Assembly (NCBI RefSeq): GCF_009914755.1
Contig: NC_060928.1
Length of the DNA: 64,000 nucleotides
From: the human T2T-CHM13v2.0 reference genome, Homo sapiens
Reading direction: 5' to 3' (one strand)
This document shows, piece after piece, positions 23,359 to 38,276 of this stretch. Numbering within the stretch: the stretch's first letter is position 1; each line of letters begins with the position of its first letter. The translations under genes and the position numbers were made by a program. The notes beneath the pieces were generated by a model. It saw nothing but the letters and a program-made list of their open reading frames with translations. It was not told the DNA's origin and made no database searches.

Positions 23359-25219
23359 ACAATGAGAACACTTAAGACACAGGGAGGGAAACATCACACA
23401 CCAGGGCCTGTTAGTGGGTAGGGGGCTCGGGAAGGGATAGAATTAGGAGAAATACCTAATGTAAATGACGAGTTGATGGGTGCAGCAAACCAACATGCCA
23501 CATGTATACCTATGTATGAAAACTGCACATTGTGCACTTGTACCCTAGAACTTAAAGTATAAAAAAAAAAAAAAAAAAAAAAAACATAAAATGAGTTAGA
23601 GAACTGAGACCATAAAGGGCATTGGTCACTTTCCTCTGCTCTTCACACTTCCTTGCAGACATAGTGATAATAAATTGATCTTAAGGATAGTTACAAACTC
23701 TGTGGATTTAATTGTATAAATTCTGTGGATCTAATTCTGCTATTATATTATTGTATCATTTCAAGAGGCTTGCTTGATTACGTTTTTCTTGTTTCCTTTT
23801 CCGTATGCTTCTGAAGTTTCTAAAGTTCTTGTTTCAAAGCTGGAAGTCACTCCTTCCCTGAATAGCTTCTTCCATCTAACATTACAAAGGAGACAAGGAG
23901 ACAACAAAGTCAGACCAAAGTTCCATTTTAATTTGAAACTCAATTATTCAATTAAAGTCAGTAAATAATTTTAAGGATATTTGAGAACTGTGTTCAGCAA
24001 GGAGGTGGTTAAAATAGTAAATAAGGTGCAGATCCTGTCTTCAAAATAATGTTCCAAAGCATGAAGTGACACAAATACCCAAGCCAGTCCAATACACAGA
24101 GGATCACTCCCTGTGCACCCATGGGGGATAAGATGTTATATAGCTGCCAAAAAGAGAAAGCACTTAATTGAAAGGATTCCTGAATCTAGTATATGCAACA
24201 GTCACCTTCAGATACATTATCTTGCTCAATTCTCACAGCAACAGTAAGATAAAAAGTTACAAATCTGATCTAGAATTCAGAGTTTCTGTCTTCTAATTCA
24301 TTGCATGAAAGCATAGTTTCAGTAGTTAACATTCTTCAAAAAACAACAATAGAAAACCTTCCTAGATATTGTTTTATTATTGCTGTATAGCATCAATTTT
24401 CCTGGTTAGAATGATGCTTATGAAAATCATCTCACCTGGTGGTCCAGCTCCAGTAGGTGAGCTCCATTGTCTTCACACTTGTTCAATTCTTGTCATTTTA
24501 TTTTCTAAGCTTTCATTTACAGGGAATAGATTAAAATTTTCCATCTTCAGTGAGTCCTCTTTGTGTTATGGAGCATATCATTATTTCAATGAACCAAACT
24601 CTTTCAGACCTGGCCCAAGTCTAAGTAAAAGGATCATCCATATGCTCATTTTTAATATTTGCCTCCAAAATTATCTGTGAAATGCAGCTAATTTGTACAA
24701 CCTGTATGTTAAGTGCTTTTCAGGCACCTGAATGAATTATATTTTTTTAAAAACCCTGCACCTTACATTTTCTATAATTAACGAGCATGAGTCTACGATT
24801 AAGTAACAAGACTCAAAAGCATTCTTTAAAGCTAATGAATGGCATAATTATCTGAGTATAAAAAAATTGGAATCTGTGGCAACATACTGTAGATTACAAA
24901 CTTATTCCTAATAATGTTACTTGGTTATTTTGATTTGTGTACATTATTCCTTTTAAAGTCCATTTAAAGTACATTATTCCTTTTAAAGTCCAACTACTCT
25001 AATTTATTTTCTATTTTTACTTGCACTCTCAAAAGCCTCTTGCATTTTTGTTGGTTTTCAAAAGCAGACCTACTGTTAGTTAGATGACTAATACCATTCC
25101 TTAAATATTGACAGTGACATAATGACATTTGTATACTTGATTAATCATTAATTCTGAAATACAACATACAGGTAAAATAAATACTGAATATTAAAGGCAA
25201 TACTAAATCATACTTGTAG

Positions 25220-25536
25220 TGAGACAGCCAGGTGGGAGGGGGTCCCTGGAGAAACACCAACCAGCCTGCACACTGGAGTAGAGCCTCAAGAACTTCACAC
25301 CATTTGCAGCAGGGAGGAGCCTGGCCCCTCTGCTTCCTGTGTGGACCTGGGATTTGATCACCAGGTGGGAAGTGCTCTAGTGGAGAGACTCTGGCCAGTT
25401 TGCCCACTTTTCTCCATTCTCACCCAATAGAACCCTGTTTTGCTCACCCTTTAAACTGTCTGTGAGCCTAAATTTTCATAGCTGGGAAACAGATAAGAAT
25501 CCCGTCTGTAGCAGAACTAAGGAAAGTCCTGCATCA
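25220..25536 (+). mobile_element. 5' LTR (MER61-like)
   Basis: TG...CA termini; homologous to 30176-30469. Confidence 0.9.
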
Positions 25537-25540
25537 TTTT

Positions 25541-25558
25541 TGGCGCCCAACATGGGGC
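25541..25558 (+). other. Primer binding site complementary to tRNA-Lys(CUU) 3' end
   Basis: tggcgcccaacatggggc vs canonical TGGCGCCCAACGTGGGGC (1 mismatch), 4 nt after the LTR end. Confidence 0.85.
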
Positions 25559-28312
25559 TCGAGAAGTGGTGAATGAAATGGGGACACAAAACCTCTCACT
25601 GTTGCTTCTAAGCCTTTTCATCCTGGGACTTCTGACAGTGGGGAAAACCATACCCCTACCCCCTGTGGATCCTGGGCCTTTTCATGGCCTTTTCCTTCCT
25701 TTTTCGGGACTCACTGCTGAGCAGCAGCTCCCTGCTTTGCTGGGGCTAGGATGCATGGCCTAAGGATCCCGCACAGCTGGCTGGCTGGTCCTAACCACTT
25801 CCCGTTGCAGCAGTCTTCCCCTTCCTTGGCCAAGGGGTGTAACTCTATTGGACAGCAATTAAGCTTAAACTTGTCTCCCTGGTGGAGGAACCATTTGCAC
25901 AAGAATAAGAGGCTCTTCCCCAGGAATTTTTAAACTGCTTTTTTGTTCTTTCTCCTTCTCTACCTCATCAACAAGTTAGCCCTTAAAGATTTTTTTTTCC
26001 TTTTAGAAGATGTTTTTACTGGGTTAGGCCCCCCAACTATCACTGTTTGTACTCTCTGTAAAGTTTTGGTTGTGGAAAAGGATTTGTGGGACTAGTCTTT
26101 GGCTGTGGCCAATCTGGTGTGCTTTACACGTCTGTATGGTTTGTGTTGCAAGCCTCCATCTTGCTTTACATCCTGGGGGCATGGCCAGTAGCCACTTGGC
26201 AAGGCTTTGTTTCACAATCCTGTCTGAGGGGATGAGCCCTCTCAGATTAGACATCTGCATGTTTTCCTAGCCCTGTCTCTTAAAGGGCTGCACCCAGTGA
26301 CTGGGTGGTCCTCTGTGTGTGTACTGTGTGTGATATCTGTAAAAAGAGCTCTAATTAATTTGGCCTAAAGAAAAACAAGCGCTTGGATCTAACATTTTTT
26401 AGAGGGAAGATAAAAGCTGTGGTATCCTTCAGTTCACATGACTTTAATCTTTAAGAAATATAAACAGCCCTAAAGACCACTGGTAAAATTCAGGTCAGAT
26501 GCAAGGTTTGTTAAGTGTTTTGAGGTTACAAACTGCTTTTTGGGTTTTGAGATCTATTTGACTTTTCAGCTTCACAACTGGTAAGGTGTGGACATATGGA
26601 ACTAATCACACCCTTAACTAAGAATGCAAACCTTGGCTGCACTTAGCACACAAAGCAACTTACCAAGTTTTATCTTAAAGTTAAAAATTGCTAGGAGTTA
26701 ATTGAAACTACTAGAAATAGATTTACATGCAGGGTGTGTAAGAACAGTAAAATGTGTTTTTTAGTAAAAGGTTATAAGAAGGCTTGGAAATGTAAACTTT
26801 TGCCTAGGGTTAAAGAATTGTTTTGAGTTAAATTAGGAAAAAGCTGAAGGTTCAAAGAAGTGGTGAAAGAACTGTGGAAATTAATCTTTCAGAAGAGGTT
26901 CTTTGTGTAAACATATTGACTAAATAGGTTATAAAATGTTTTTGCTGCTTTAAAATTTCTGAGTCATCATTTTGGAAAAATAAATGACATGGTAATCTGG
27001 AATTCTATTTCATAATATCAAGTGTTTTAAACCTGGAAGATATTTAACGGATTCCGAAAATCAAATTTAAGTTTCAAAATTGTCTTTTTTGACACCGGGC
27101 TTTTCAATTACTTCGGAAGGCCCCTGAAGTGTCCAAAAAGAGAGGTAAATAGGATCATTTGACATGTTTAGGTACATAGGATTGCCAAAATGTTATTCAA
27201 TCTTCTTAGAAAATAATGTTCACATATGTTCCAAAATTGCATGGGATTTCTAAAATCCTGATGTCTAACGATATGCTATCAATCATAATTAAGGTTATGT
27301 TAAGTTATTGTAAACCATGAAGATAACCAAATTTGTCAATTGTGTTTCTAACTGTAACTCACTGAACATTTTGCTCTTCACAGACAATTGTTGTCTTGCT
27401 TTAATCCTTTTCAAAAAATGGTTTATAATAAGCTATAAAACTGTAATAGGTGCTCTTAAATACAGGCTTCTGATAACTTTGGATATTGTAACATTGGAAT
27501 ACAGGAAAATGTACAGGACTCATGAAGAGCTGAAATGTTCACAAATATCAAGTAAAACAAGGGCTAACTAAATGGACTAAACTCAGAAAACTAAAGCAAC
27601 CTTTTTGACTTTTGGTTTAAATATTGCTGATCCTTGTTCTGTTTTTCATAGTCAAGGAAACTTATTTTGAATGATTTACAGCCTTTAAGAATTAAGCAAG
27701 GTATAATCCTGTGATCAAGATATGGAGCATGTTTGTTTGTCTCTGCCTGGTTCCTCTAGAATTTTGAAACTATCTGTGAGCATTCTTAACTTACAGCATT
27801 ACAGTTGTTTGCATCAGTGCAATAAGAATCCATTTTTCTTTTGCAGCAGGATGCAATTGGAAGAATTGGTTATTTTACCAAGGCTTTAACTAGAAGGGTA
27901 TGCTTCCCTTTAAGTAGACGATCTTGACTTGCAGAGCCAATAAAAGCCCAGTGGGGAAACTGGTCTCATACCTCATCTATGCAGTCCCTGTACAGGGTTC
28001 CTGACCTGTGGTCAGTAAAGAATGTCACGTTCTAACAGTTCTAGGAGGTCCAAGTTTATCGACCTTAAGAGGACAGAAGCACCCAACTCACAGGTGTTTG
28101 AAGATACAAACCCATGGTTGGGCTTGGCTTTAAAAGTTCTTATCTGAGACTCCTTGTGGAACAAAATCCCATTAAAGCCAACCCAAAAGGCGTATGTAGA
28201 AATAATCATTCTTGCTGCACTTTATGCAAATAATCAGGCCAAGTTTAAGACTAAATTCTATTTTGCAAACCATTCAGTCCTATAATTTTTTTTTTAACAA
28301 AAATGAAGACTG

Positions 28313-28635
<323 letters not shown>

Positions 28636-30175
28636 TTATGTTTCAAAACTTATATATTGGTCACTAAATTCTAAACTCATTAGTTGTTTTTAATTTTTTG
28701 CCTACATTTGAAACTAACCCTGCTTGTTCCTATGAACCAACCAGCAATCTCTAGCTGCAGCTCAGAAACAACATGAGGGATGGGTGATGTAGAAATCCTG
28801 ATAAATATTCTAGTTCTGAGTAATTATCCTTCAAATCCTGCCAGGTGATGGGAATAAATAGGATGCCCATCACTCGGAGGTTTCCTTTTGGTAAAGTAAA
28901 ACCAAGGGAGCTAACCAAAGCCAAGCACCATGCACCCAAATCTTAGCAAGCATAACTATAGCAAACACTCATCTGGGTGTCTCACAAGACATCCTTTCCT
29001 CTCCCTTGTTGGAGGAGGACTCAATTCCACAGCTTCACCTTGCATTCGGCTTATGATAAGGCATCCATGCAACCCCACCCCCACCCGTGAGATACAGTTT
29101 TGTCCCAGACTCAATTCTAAGCTTTGGTTCAAAGCCCTAGGAAGGAAAACTGGATGTTAAGGATCCAGAGGCAGATAACAACAGAGGTTAAAAGGCACCG
29201 AGCAGGTGAGTGTGGCTGATTTCTGCCAATTAAGCCAACCCCAAGCTTCCTGTTTCATGGATAAAGACCACGTTAATATCCATAGCATAAATGAGGTCTA
29301 GGGAACTCCAAAGCTACTGACATTAGGTGGGAAAGAGACATAGGTGAGAACAGATAATTCCTTTTCTCTAGCCACCCCCTCCCCATCCCCCACTTCATGG
29401 GTACAAGCTGCTTTGCATGGCGAGACCTGCCAAGGTCACCAGGACTTGGGGATGCAAGGATGGAAGAGGGAAAGAGGATGCTGTTCTCTCTCTCCCTCAC
29501 TTACCCCTGGGTATCTGCTAGGAAGAGAAGGGAACTAGAGATGGCTACTCCCCTCTTTCTAGATGGGTAGCCATTCATCTTCAGTCTGTACCCCTTAAAA
29601 TGTATCCTGAACCCCTGGAACTCCTTTAAAAGGCATCTTCTTTTTATTCCTTTCTCCTCCTTGGTTCTCTCTTCACTGATATTTAATTGTGTCTCTGTAC
29701 TATGGGACACTCCCCTCAGATGCATTTTCCAAACAGGAAAGAGTTAATTTCCCAAAGCTGAAACTGGTTGCCTTAGGACTGGGCCCAGGGGAAGGAAACC
29801 CAGAAGCCCAACATGCCACCAAAAGGGTAAAGATTTTAACTAGTCAGGCTTTTGGCCTCCCTCTCTCCATGCAAACTGGTAAAGGGCCTCAGGATTTTTG
29901 AGCTGTCCTTACCCCTCCCCTTGTTTCACTTTGATACATGTTTTCTAATAATTGGGTTTGTCTGTTCTTACCTTCAGGCCATCAAACTCCAAACAGTCAT
30001 GCAACCAGAGCCTCTGAAGATGGCCCCTTCTGCCGGGAACCCTTAGATCGGCCTCTGAGGGAGTTCTGCCATTTCCCCAAAACAGCGCCCCCTGTCAGCA
30101 GGAAGCGGTTAAGATCAGTCTTCATCCTTATCCTTAATCTAACCACAGTTAGATGTACTTCTTTAGAGGGGGGAA

Positions 30176-30469
30176 TGAGACAGCCAGTGGGAGGGGATTC
30201 CTGGAGAAACTCCAAGCAGCCTGCGCACTGGGGTGGAGCCTTGGGAAGTTCACACGATTTGAAGCAGGGAGGAGCCTGCCTCGTCGTCTTCCTGTGTGGA
30301 CCTGGGATTCAAACGCCAGGCAGGTGTTTCCCCCACCCGTTTTTCTCCCTTTTCACCCAATAAAACCCTATTTTGCTCACCCTTTAAACTGTCTGTGAGG
30401 CTAAATTTTTGTGGCCTTGGGATGGACAAGAACCCAGTCTTTAGCTGAACTAAGAAAAGTCCTACAATA
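30176..30469 (+). mobile_element. 3' LTR (MER61-like)
   Basis: Preceded by PPT 30165-30175; has aataaa at 30359; homologous to the 5' LTR. Confidence 0.9.
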
Positions 30470-31146
30470 CCAGGGAGGTTTACATTTATCAATAAGAACA
30501 TAAAAACATATGGGCAGTAATAAAATAAATTTCAACATGCCAACTATAACCACCGATTGTTTGTATTCTGCAGGAGAAGAGCACAAGAAGAAATGAGCTT
30601 AATTACAGCATAAACAATTTTAGTCATATATTAAATAGGTTCCTGATACTAAGCTCTTAAAATGGATATAAACAAGATGTGGTAGAATTTGAAAAATAGG
30701 TTACAATCACAGTAGTAGGTAATGTTTGAGAGTTTCTCCACCTGCAATATTGTATCTTTTATAATAGTTAAACACTGTGGACTTCTAAATTTAGCAATTT
30801 TTTCAGAGTTTAAATAAACCCTTTTTAAAAATACAACGGGATCTTTCTTTCATGCTTTGTTAGATCTTAAGGATGACTATTTAAAACAGAAATCTTTCAA
30901 CCTCATTCAGATATAGTGCACTACAGCTACTAACTAGGAAACAATGAGAAAAGACTTTTCTTCACCTTAAGTTACAGATACTGCAAGTCTTTCCTTCAAA
31001 ACAGGAGACAGTCCATCTGAAGCTAGTAGTAGATGCATATGGAGCTCAGGAGACGTTACCTTAAGTTGAAGTCTTCCACATGATCTGATGGGGACTGAGG
31101 TGAACAGGACCCTAAAGCATAATTGGTCAGAAGAGTGGGAGAGGTT

Positions 31147-31455
<309 letters not shown>

Positions 31456-31607
31456 GTGGGAGAGGTTGAACAAAGTTTGACCACTGCACATGTGTGGTCA
31501 TGTTCTTGAAAACTCTGCACAATCTTAATGCTCCCTTGTTATTGTCTCATTATTAGAGAGCATCACCTATATTACCTTTGAGGTAGGTACTCACATTTTT
31601 AATTTTA

Positions 31608-32000
31608 TGTGGCATTGATGACTAATTGTCCACCAAAAATTTTCCCCTCTCTATTTCAGAGCATGGTGTTGATGACGCGGGGAGGTGGCTGCACAATTAG
31701 AGATACACTTCCTAGCTACCCTGGATTCAGGTTTGTCCATGTGCTAGCCCCCACCAAAGGAACTTGAGAAGAGATTGTGTCACCTCCATGCTGAAAGCAT
31801 TTAAGCAGCAGATAGATCTGAGATGGAGAACTCAGAGGCACCAGAGTATGGTGGAATCAAAAGGTGGAAAGAGCCTGGGTTCCCTGAATGATTCCATGGA
31901 GAAAAACTGCCCACTAATCAGAAATATTCATGTTGGACTCAAAGAAGTAAGAAATTAAAAATTTGGTGTTTATTCATTGGAGCAGCTAAAGTAAACCTAT
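31608..32000 (+). mobile_element. MLT1-type LTR, old
   Basis: cacttcctagctaccctggattcaggtttgtccatgtgctag...aaggtggaaagagcctgggttccctgaatgat. Confidence 0.65.
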
Positions 32001-34010
32001 AAATCCAAATCCAAAAGTAAAGTAAAAGAAAATTTGACATATTGGAGTTTTTAAAAATTCCTGGCTATGGAAAGGTTTGAGAAATAGTTATAATCTTAAA
32101 ATACATGGGCTGGTCTCATAATTAAAATGCTATAACCATTGAAAGTCATCTCATTAGTCCAAAACATTTAATTAATATTAATAGTCACATTTTTCCTAAG
32201 TATTAAAAGTTACTGGAACAAGTTGGGGGTCTCTTGTTGAAACAAATTATCAGAATAAAGGAAAAACTTAATTTACCAACTGAGAAATTGAAAGACATTA
32301 AAAGCATAGATGGAGGTGAAAGTGAGAGAAAGGTATGAAGTACAATGGGTGTTTTTCTAGATCAGAAGTAGTCAGGCGAGTTATTCCATTTCCATTTTCT
32401 CATTGAAATGTTTAATATCTATTTTGTTTATCTGTTAAAAGGTCACGTCAGAAAAAAAGTTACATCTCTTTAAAAACATTCAAGAACTAAGAGAAGCAAA
32501 TCAGTATCATTGTTAATAAATTAGAATAATGAGAACAGGTCTGTATATTGAAGGATAATAAATTAATTTCATTTATCTTTAAGATTAGATTTGGAAGTTC
32601 AAGGAAATTTGTGATTACACATTTTAATATAGATATATTAATAGAAATAGAAGTTTAGAAACAAAATGAGAGATAAGAATTAAATGGATGACATCTTTAA
32701 GAACTGTCTAAGTTGACATTGTAATGTAAGAAATGCATCTCTGTTTAGAGAATAAGAATGGACAGGTTTTCTTCAATATAAGGAGCAGGTCTTTTTAAAA
32801 GGTCACTTAACTGTATATTTTTTGAAATATATCCAAGCTGCTAAGTAATTATGTGTAATATTTTTAATAGACCATTTATTTTTCATAAAGTAAAATTAAT
32901 ATATTTATAAGCTGAAAGACCATTTTAATTGTGTTTTGATTCATTTCTAAGAATTTCTATAGCAACTGTCACCATAGTTTTCTGATTTTCAGACAAATGT
33001 ATTGAAAATTTAGAAAAATCTTTCAGTAAGTGGAAATTTTCACTCTGATAAAATTAAAAGATGATGAATTATAGAAAGAAACTCAAGATGTATTTTTAAA
33101 AAATGTTTGCTTAAATGAAGTAATTACCTTGGGAAAATATTTCCAGATATTCCAAAAAGATGACTAAGAAATGAAATGTATCAGAGGAATGACTTGGTTA
33201 TCTGCATTCTTTGAGGCAATTCATGAACTCGATTTCATCTGAGGAATGCCATGCACTTAACTCTCTGGCCTGAAGACTCTAATTATCTATTTGAGGGATC
33301 TACCTGGCCCACTTAACAGCTTCAGTTTGGGCCCAATTAGGAAGAGTAAGAGAGGCATCTTATAGATTTTCCCTACTCACCAACATACATGCCAGCCATG
33401 CCAGGACTTTGATGGTAGCAGGCTAAGCCATGTCCCACACTGCCAAGATGTTCCTATGCCCAACCCAAGCTATTTACCTGGCTCACTGGCCCCTGGTTCT
33501 CTTTGCCATCTCTTCTCCCCGCTAAGGCCAGGTCCCTTTTCAACCTTGTGTCTAATACTCCACCAAGGTCTCACCCAAGTCTGGGCTGTCCCTTCTGTGC
33601 CTAGAACAGGTCGTTGCCATCCAATACCTGGCACTGCATAATATATAAATGGGACAATTCAAAAGCCAAAGGTGAGATACTAGATCATTTCTAACACATT
33701 AGAATGCCAAAATCAGGTTTACGTCACTTCCATTCAGAAACACGAAGACTAACAACAAATAATAACAAATACTGAAGACTAAAGATAACAGTAAAATAAT
33801 CAGTTTATAATACTTATAATTATAAAAATTAAGTTTTAAGAATTTTTTTTAATTGAAAGGAAAGCATCAATAGAAATGAGATATATTTCAATTAATAAAA
33901 TATAAAAAACAGAATTCCAAGAGCACAGAAATTTACAAAATACAGAAAACAGAAAACAAGATGTCTAAAGTAAGAAATTAAATTTTGCTTTTTTCAACCA
34001 AAATCCTTAT

Positions 34011-34358
34011 GTAGTCATGCCTTGCTTAACAGCAGAATATGTTCTGAGAAATGTATTGTTAGGCAATTTCATCATTGTGCCAACATCATAGAGTGTATTT
34101 ATGTAAACTGAGGTGGTATAGCCTACTATTCACCTAGGCTCTATGGTACAGCCAATTGCTCCTAGGCTACAAATCTATATAGCATATAACTGAACTAAGT
34201 ACTATAGCCAATTGTAACACAATTAAGCATTTGTATATCTAAACATATCTAAACATGGAAAACGTACAGTTAAAATATGATATTATAACCTCATCAGACC
34301 ACCATGGGATATGCTGTCCATCATTGATCAAAATGTCATTATGTGGCACATGACCATA
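34011..34358 (+). mobile_element. Tigger3a/MER7-type DNA transposon MITE
   Basis: agtcatgccttgcttaac...gttctgagaaatg...ctcctaggctacaaa...gtcattatgtggcacatgac: terminal inverted repeats. Confidence 0.88.
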
Positions 34359-34405
34359 CTTCATATGCCTTTTGTCTCACAAATTCACTTCTAGAAAATT
34401 ATTCC

Positions 34406-34763
<358 letters not shown>

Positions 34764-35012
34764 TCAAAGATTTACCTACAAGGTCATTCACTGCAGTTTT
34801 GTTTACTAATGCAAAAAATGGAAATAATGTAGTCAAAGAAGTATAAAAAATGATACAAGTGGGATACTGTATGCCATTGAAAATATTTTCATAACCTATG
34901 TGAAATGATAAAAAATTCAGATTTTATTAATAAAAAAGCACCAAAAATAACTAATGTCATATTTATAATACTTCTTTTGCTTGATAAATCAATATATAAG
35001 TATGTGTGTGTA

Positions 35013-35312
35013 CAGTAGTCCCCTCTTGTCCATGAGGGCTATGTTCTAAGACCCCCAGTGGATGCCTAAAACCATGGATAGCACTGAACTATGTTTTCTT
35101 CTAGGTATACATGCTTATGATAAGGTTTAATTTATAAACAAGGAATAGTAGAGATTAGAAACAATAACAAATAATAGAATAGTTCCAACAAGATACTGTA
35201 ATAAAAGTTATGTCAATCTGGCCTATTTCTCTCTAAAAATATCTTACTATACGGTACTCATCACAGTTAACTGAAACTGCAAATTGCAAAATCACAAAAA
35301 AGGGGGACTACT
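35013..35312 (-). mobile_element. MER44-type (Tigger7-derived) MITE
   Basis: TIRs cagtagtcccc ... gggggactact; internal gacccccagtggatgcctaaaacc. Confidence 0.82.
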
Positions 35313-35834
35313 ACATATACTTGTATGTGTATATATCTGTGTGTGTATATATATGTATAAATGGAAAAGTATAAATCAAAATATTAAGAACTAGGAAGGT
35401 ATTGCTTATTTTTGTGTAATTGATCCATAATTCCTAATTTTTCTGCAAGAAACAGTTTATTTTTGCAACAAGAGTAAAAATGTATATATAATTTTAGATT
35501 CATTTCATAAAGTTTTAAAAACCTATTTACAAGAAATGCATATAAAAAGTAAAGCTTAAAAATACAAAGATAAAAAAGAGTTTAGAGGTAAATAAAAACA
35601 AAAAGTAATCAGAGATAAAGCTGTCATTTTCACAAAGGCAAAGTTATGTGAGTTAACAAATATTTATTTAACAATATTATACGGCAAATAAAATCAGATT
35701 TTTTCTTAATATTTTATTATATTAATGAAAATCTTATAATACAATATCAAGCAAAAAAGAACCCTACCAAATATTAGAATATCTCAATATTTAGCTCTTG
35801 AAAATTAAAATTTTTAATGTGGTATTGGCCTTCT

Positions 35835-35870
35835 CTGTGTGTGTGTGTGCACATGTGTGTGTGTGTGTGT
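35835..35870. repeat. Interrupted (TG)n microsatellite
   Basis: tgtgtgtgtgtgtgcacatgtgtgtgtgtgtgtgt. Confidence 0.9.
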
Positions 35871-36659
35871 ACTTTTCTTGCTGTTGAACACCTACTGTTT
35901 GTTAATGTCCAATTACATCACCAGCACTGGCTTTGAGAGCAAAAGGATGAAGACAAATGCAATCTATCAACCTTTTAATTTGCTAACATTTCTTAAGAAA
36001 GACTAATAACCCTTAATATTCATTTGTTCAATAAACAAACTATTTATATGAATGGAAGGTCAACACAACCTGAGACTTTTTTCATGCGTTCTGTCAGATT
36101 TCAATGGCTGCTGAAGCTCAGCTGTAAATCACAAACAAAAGTACACCCATATTTTAAAACATGGACTTTATAAATAAAAGAAATCACTTAACATGATATG
36201 TATTTGTCAACATCTACCTTCCTTAGCCTGGATCAATCACTGTGGTCTGGCATTTGAAAGCCTAAATTGTGGGGCAATGCTGATCATACTAACAGCATAA
36301 TAGGCTCAAAACCATGATCAGATGAGGGCATCAGTAAAACTTATTCCCTACATAGTATGACAAGCATTATCTCTCAGAATCAGTGTGTCTACTCAATTGT
36401 AGCCCTCCTTCTCAGTCCCTGCTGTATTTATCCAGCCTTCACATTTTAGTTTTTTCTTGTTTTCTGCTCTGTGCTGCAGTTTGTTTCCCTATAATCTTGA
36501 CCCAGTTGGTCATGACCTGATATCTACATATTGGAGGCTGCTTCCACCATCATGTACCTCTTGATGCTAGCAGAATATGGCTCCATAAAGTGCAGACTAC
36601 CAACTCAATAACTGTAATGCACTGTATTGGCCTGTATCAATATGGCTGCAACCTGGACA

Positions 36660-36850
36660 TTAGAGATGTTAGGAATCCAGGTTATGGAGTCAAACTACTG
36701 ATATCTAGTCCTATCTTAGCTGCTTACAAATTGCATAGAAAAATGAGTCATTTAACTTCTCTAAGCCTGTGTCTCCATCTGCGAGCATATCTCTAGGGGG
36801 TTATTTTGAGAATTAAATGAGATTGCATAAAAGGATCCTGACATATGGCC
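36660..36850 (+). mobile_element. MIR SINE
   Basis: gagtcatttaacttctctaagcctgtgtctccatctg...gttattttgagaattaaatgagat. Confidence 0.75.
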
Positions 36851-37962
36851 AGCCCTTGCTAATTGGATCTAGGAGTAGTACATTGGAGGATAGCGAAGAC
36901 TATAAGGCTATTGAGATAATGAAGAATGAAGACAGACTCCAGTCTCTCTGTTCAAGAAGGAGGCCTCACAGTAGATGATTGAATAGAAAGGATTGGGTAT
37001 AGAGGTGCAAATCTGAAACTAAGTGCTATGATGATGATTCAAGGATAAATCTTGGTCAAATAAAAAGCTATAAGCCAAGTAAGAAGAGATTGAATTAGTA
37101 ATAAAAATTCTGCCATCAAACAAAAGTCTGGGACCTGACAGTTTCACTACTGAATTCTGTCAAATATTTAAAGAAGACCTAATACAAATTCTTCAAAAAT
37201 TGAAGAATGAATATTTTCAGATTCATTATATGAGGCCAGCATTACCCTGATATCAAAACCAAAGAAAGTACAAAAAAGGAAAACTACAGGCCAATATTCC
37301 TGATTAACATAAATGCAAAAACCCTCAGTAAAATAATATCAAACTGAATTCAACAGCACGATCAAGTGGAATTCACCCCAGGGATGCAAGTATGGTACAA
37401 CATACATAAGTCAATAAATGTGATATGTCACATTAACAGAATGAAGTACAAAACATATGATCACTTCAATAGATGCAGAAAAAATATTTTAAAAATCCAA
37501 CTTCCTTTTATGCAAACAAACAAATTAGGTATAAAAGGAATGAACCTCAACAAAATAAAGGTCACATATGACAAAACTCCAGGTAACATCATACTCACTG
37601 GAAAAAAGTTGAAAGCTTTTTCTTTAAGATCCATAACAAGAGAAGGATGCTCATATTTACTTCTATTTAACCTAGTACTAGAGTGCCTAGCCAAAGCAAT
37701 TAGTCAAGAAAAGGAAATAAAAAGTATCAAATCAAAAAGGAATAACTTAAATTGTCCCTGTTTGCAGGTGACTTGTTCTTACATATTGAAAATCCTGAAG
37801 ACTCCACCCCAAAACTATTAGAACTAGAAAAACAATTCAGACAAGTAGCAGAATACAAAATCTACATACAAAAATTAGTAGCACTTTTGTACACTAACAG
37901 TGAACTATCCAAAAAAGAAATCAATTGTATTTATAATAACTACTAAAAAATAAAATGATCAT

Positions 37963-38276
37963 GGCTGGGCGTGGTGGCTCATGCCTGTAATCCCAGCACT
38001 TTGGGAGGCCGAGGTGGGCAGATCACGAGGTCAGGAGATTGAGACTATCCTGGCTAACATGGTGAAACCCCATCTCCACTAGAAAATACAAAAAAAAAAA
38101 ATTAGCCGGGCGTGGTGGTGGGCACATGTAGTCCCAGCTACTCAGGAGGCTGAGGCAGGAGAATGAATGTGAACTCAGGAGGTGGAGCTTGCAATGAGCG
38201 GAGATTGCGCCACTGTGCTCCAGCCTGGATGACAGAGCAAGACTCCGCCTCAAAAGAAAATAAATAAAAATAAAAA
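37963..38276 (+). mobile_element. AluY/AluSc
   Basis: Full dimer; TSD aaaataaaatgatcat at 37947-37962 and 38277-38292. Confidence 0.93.
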
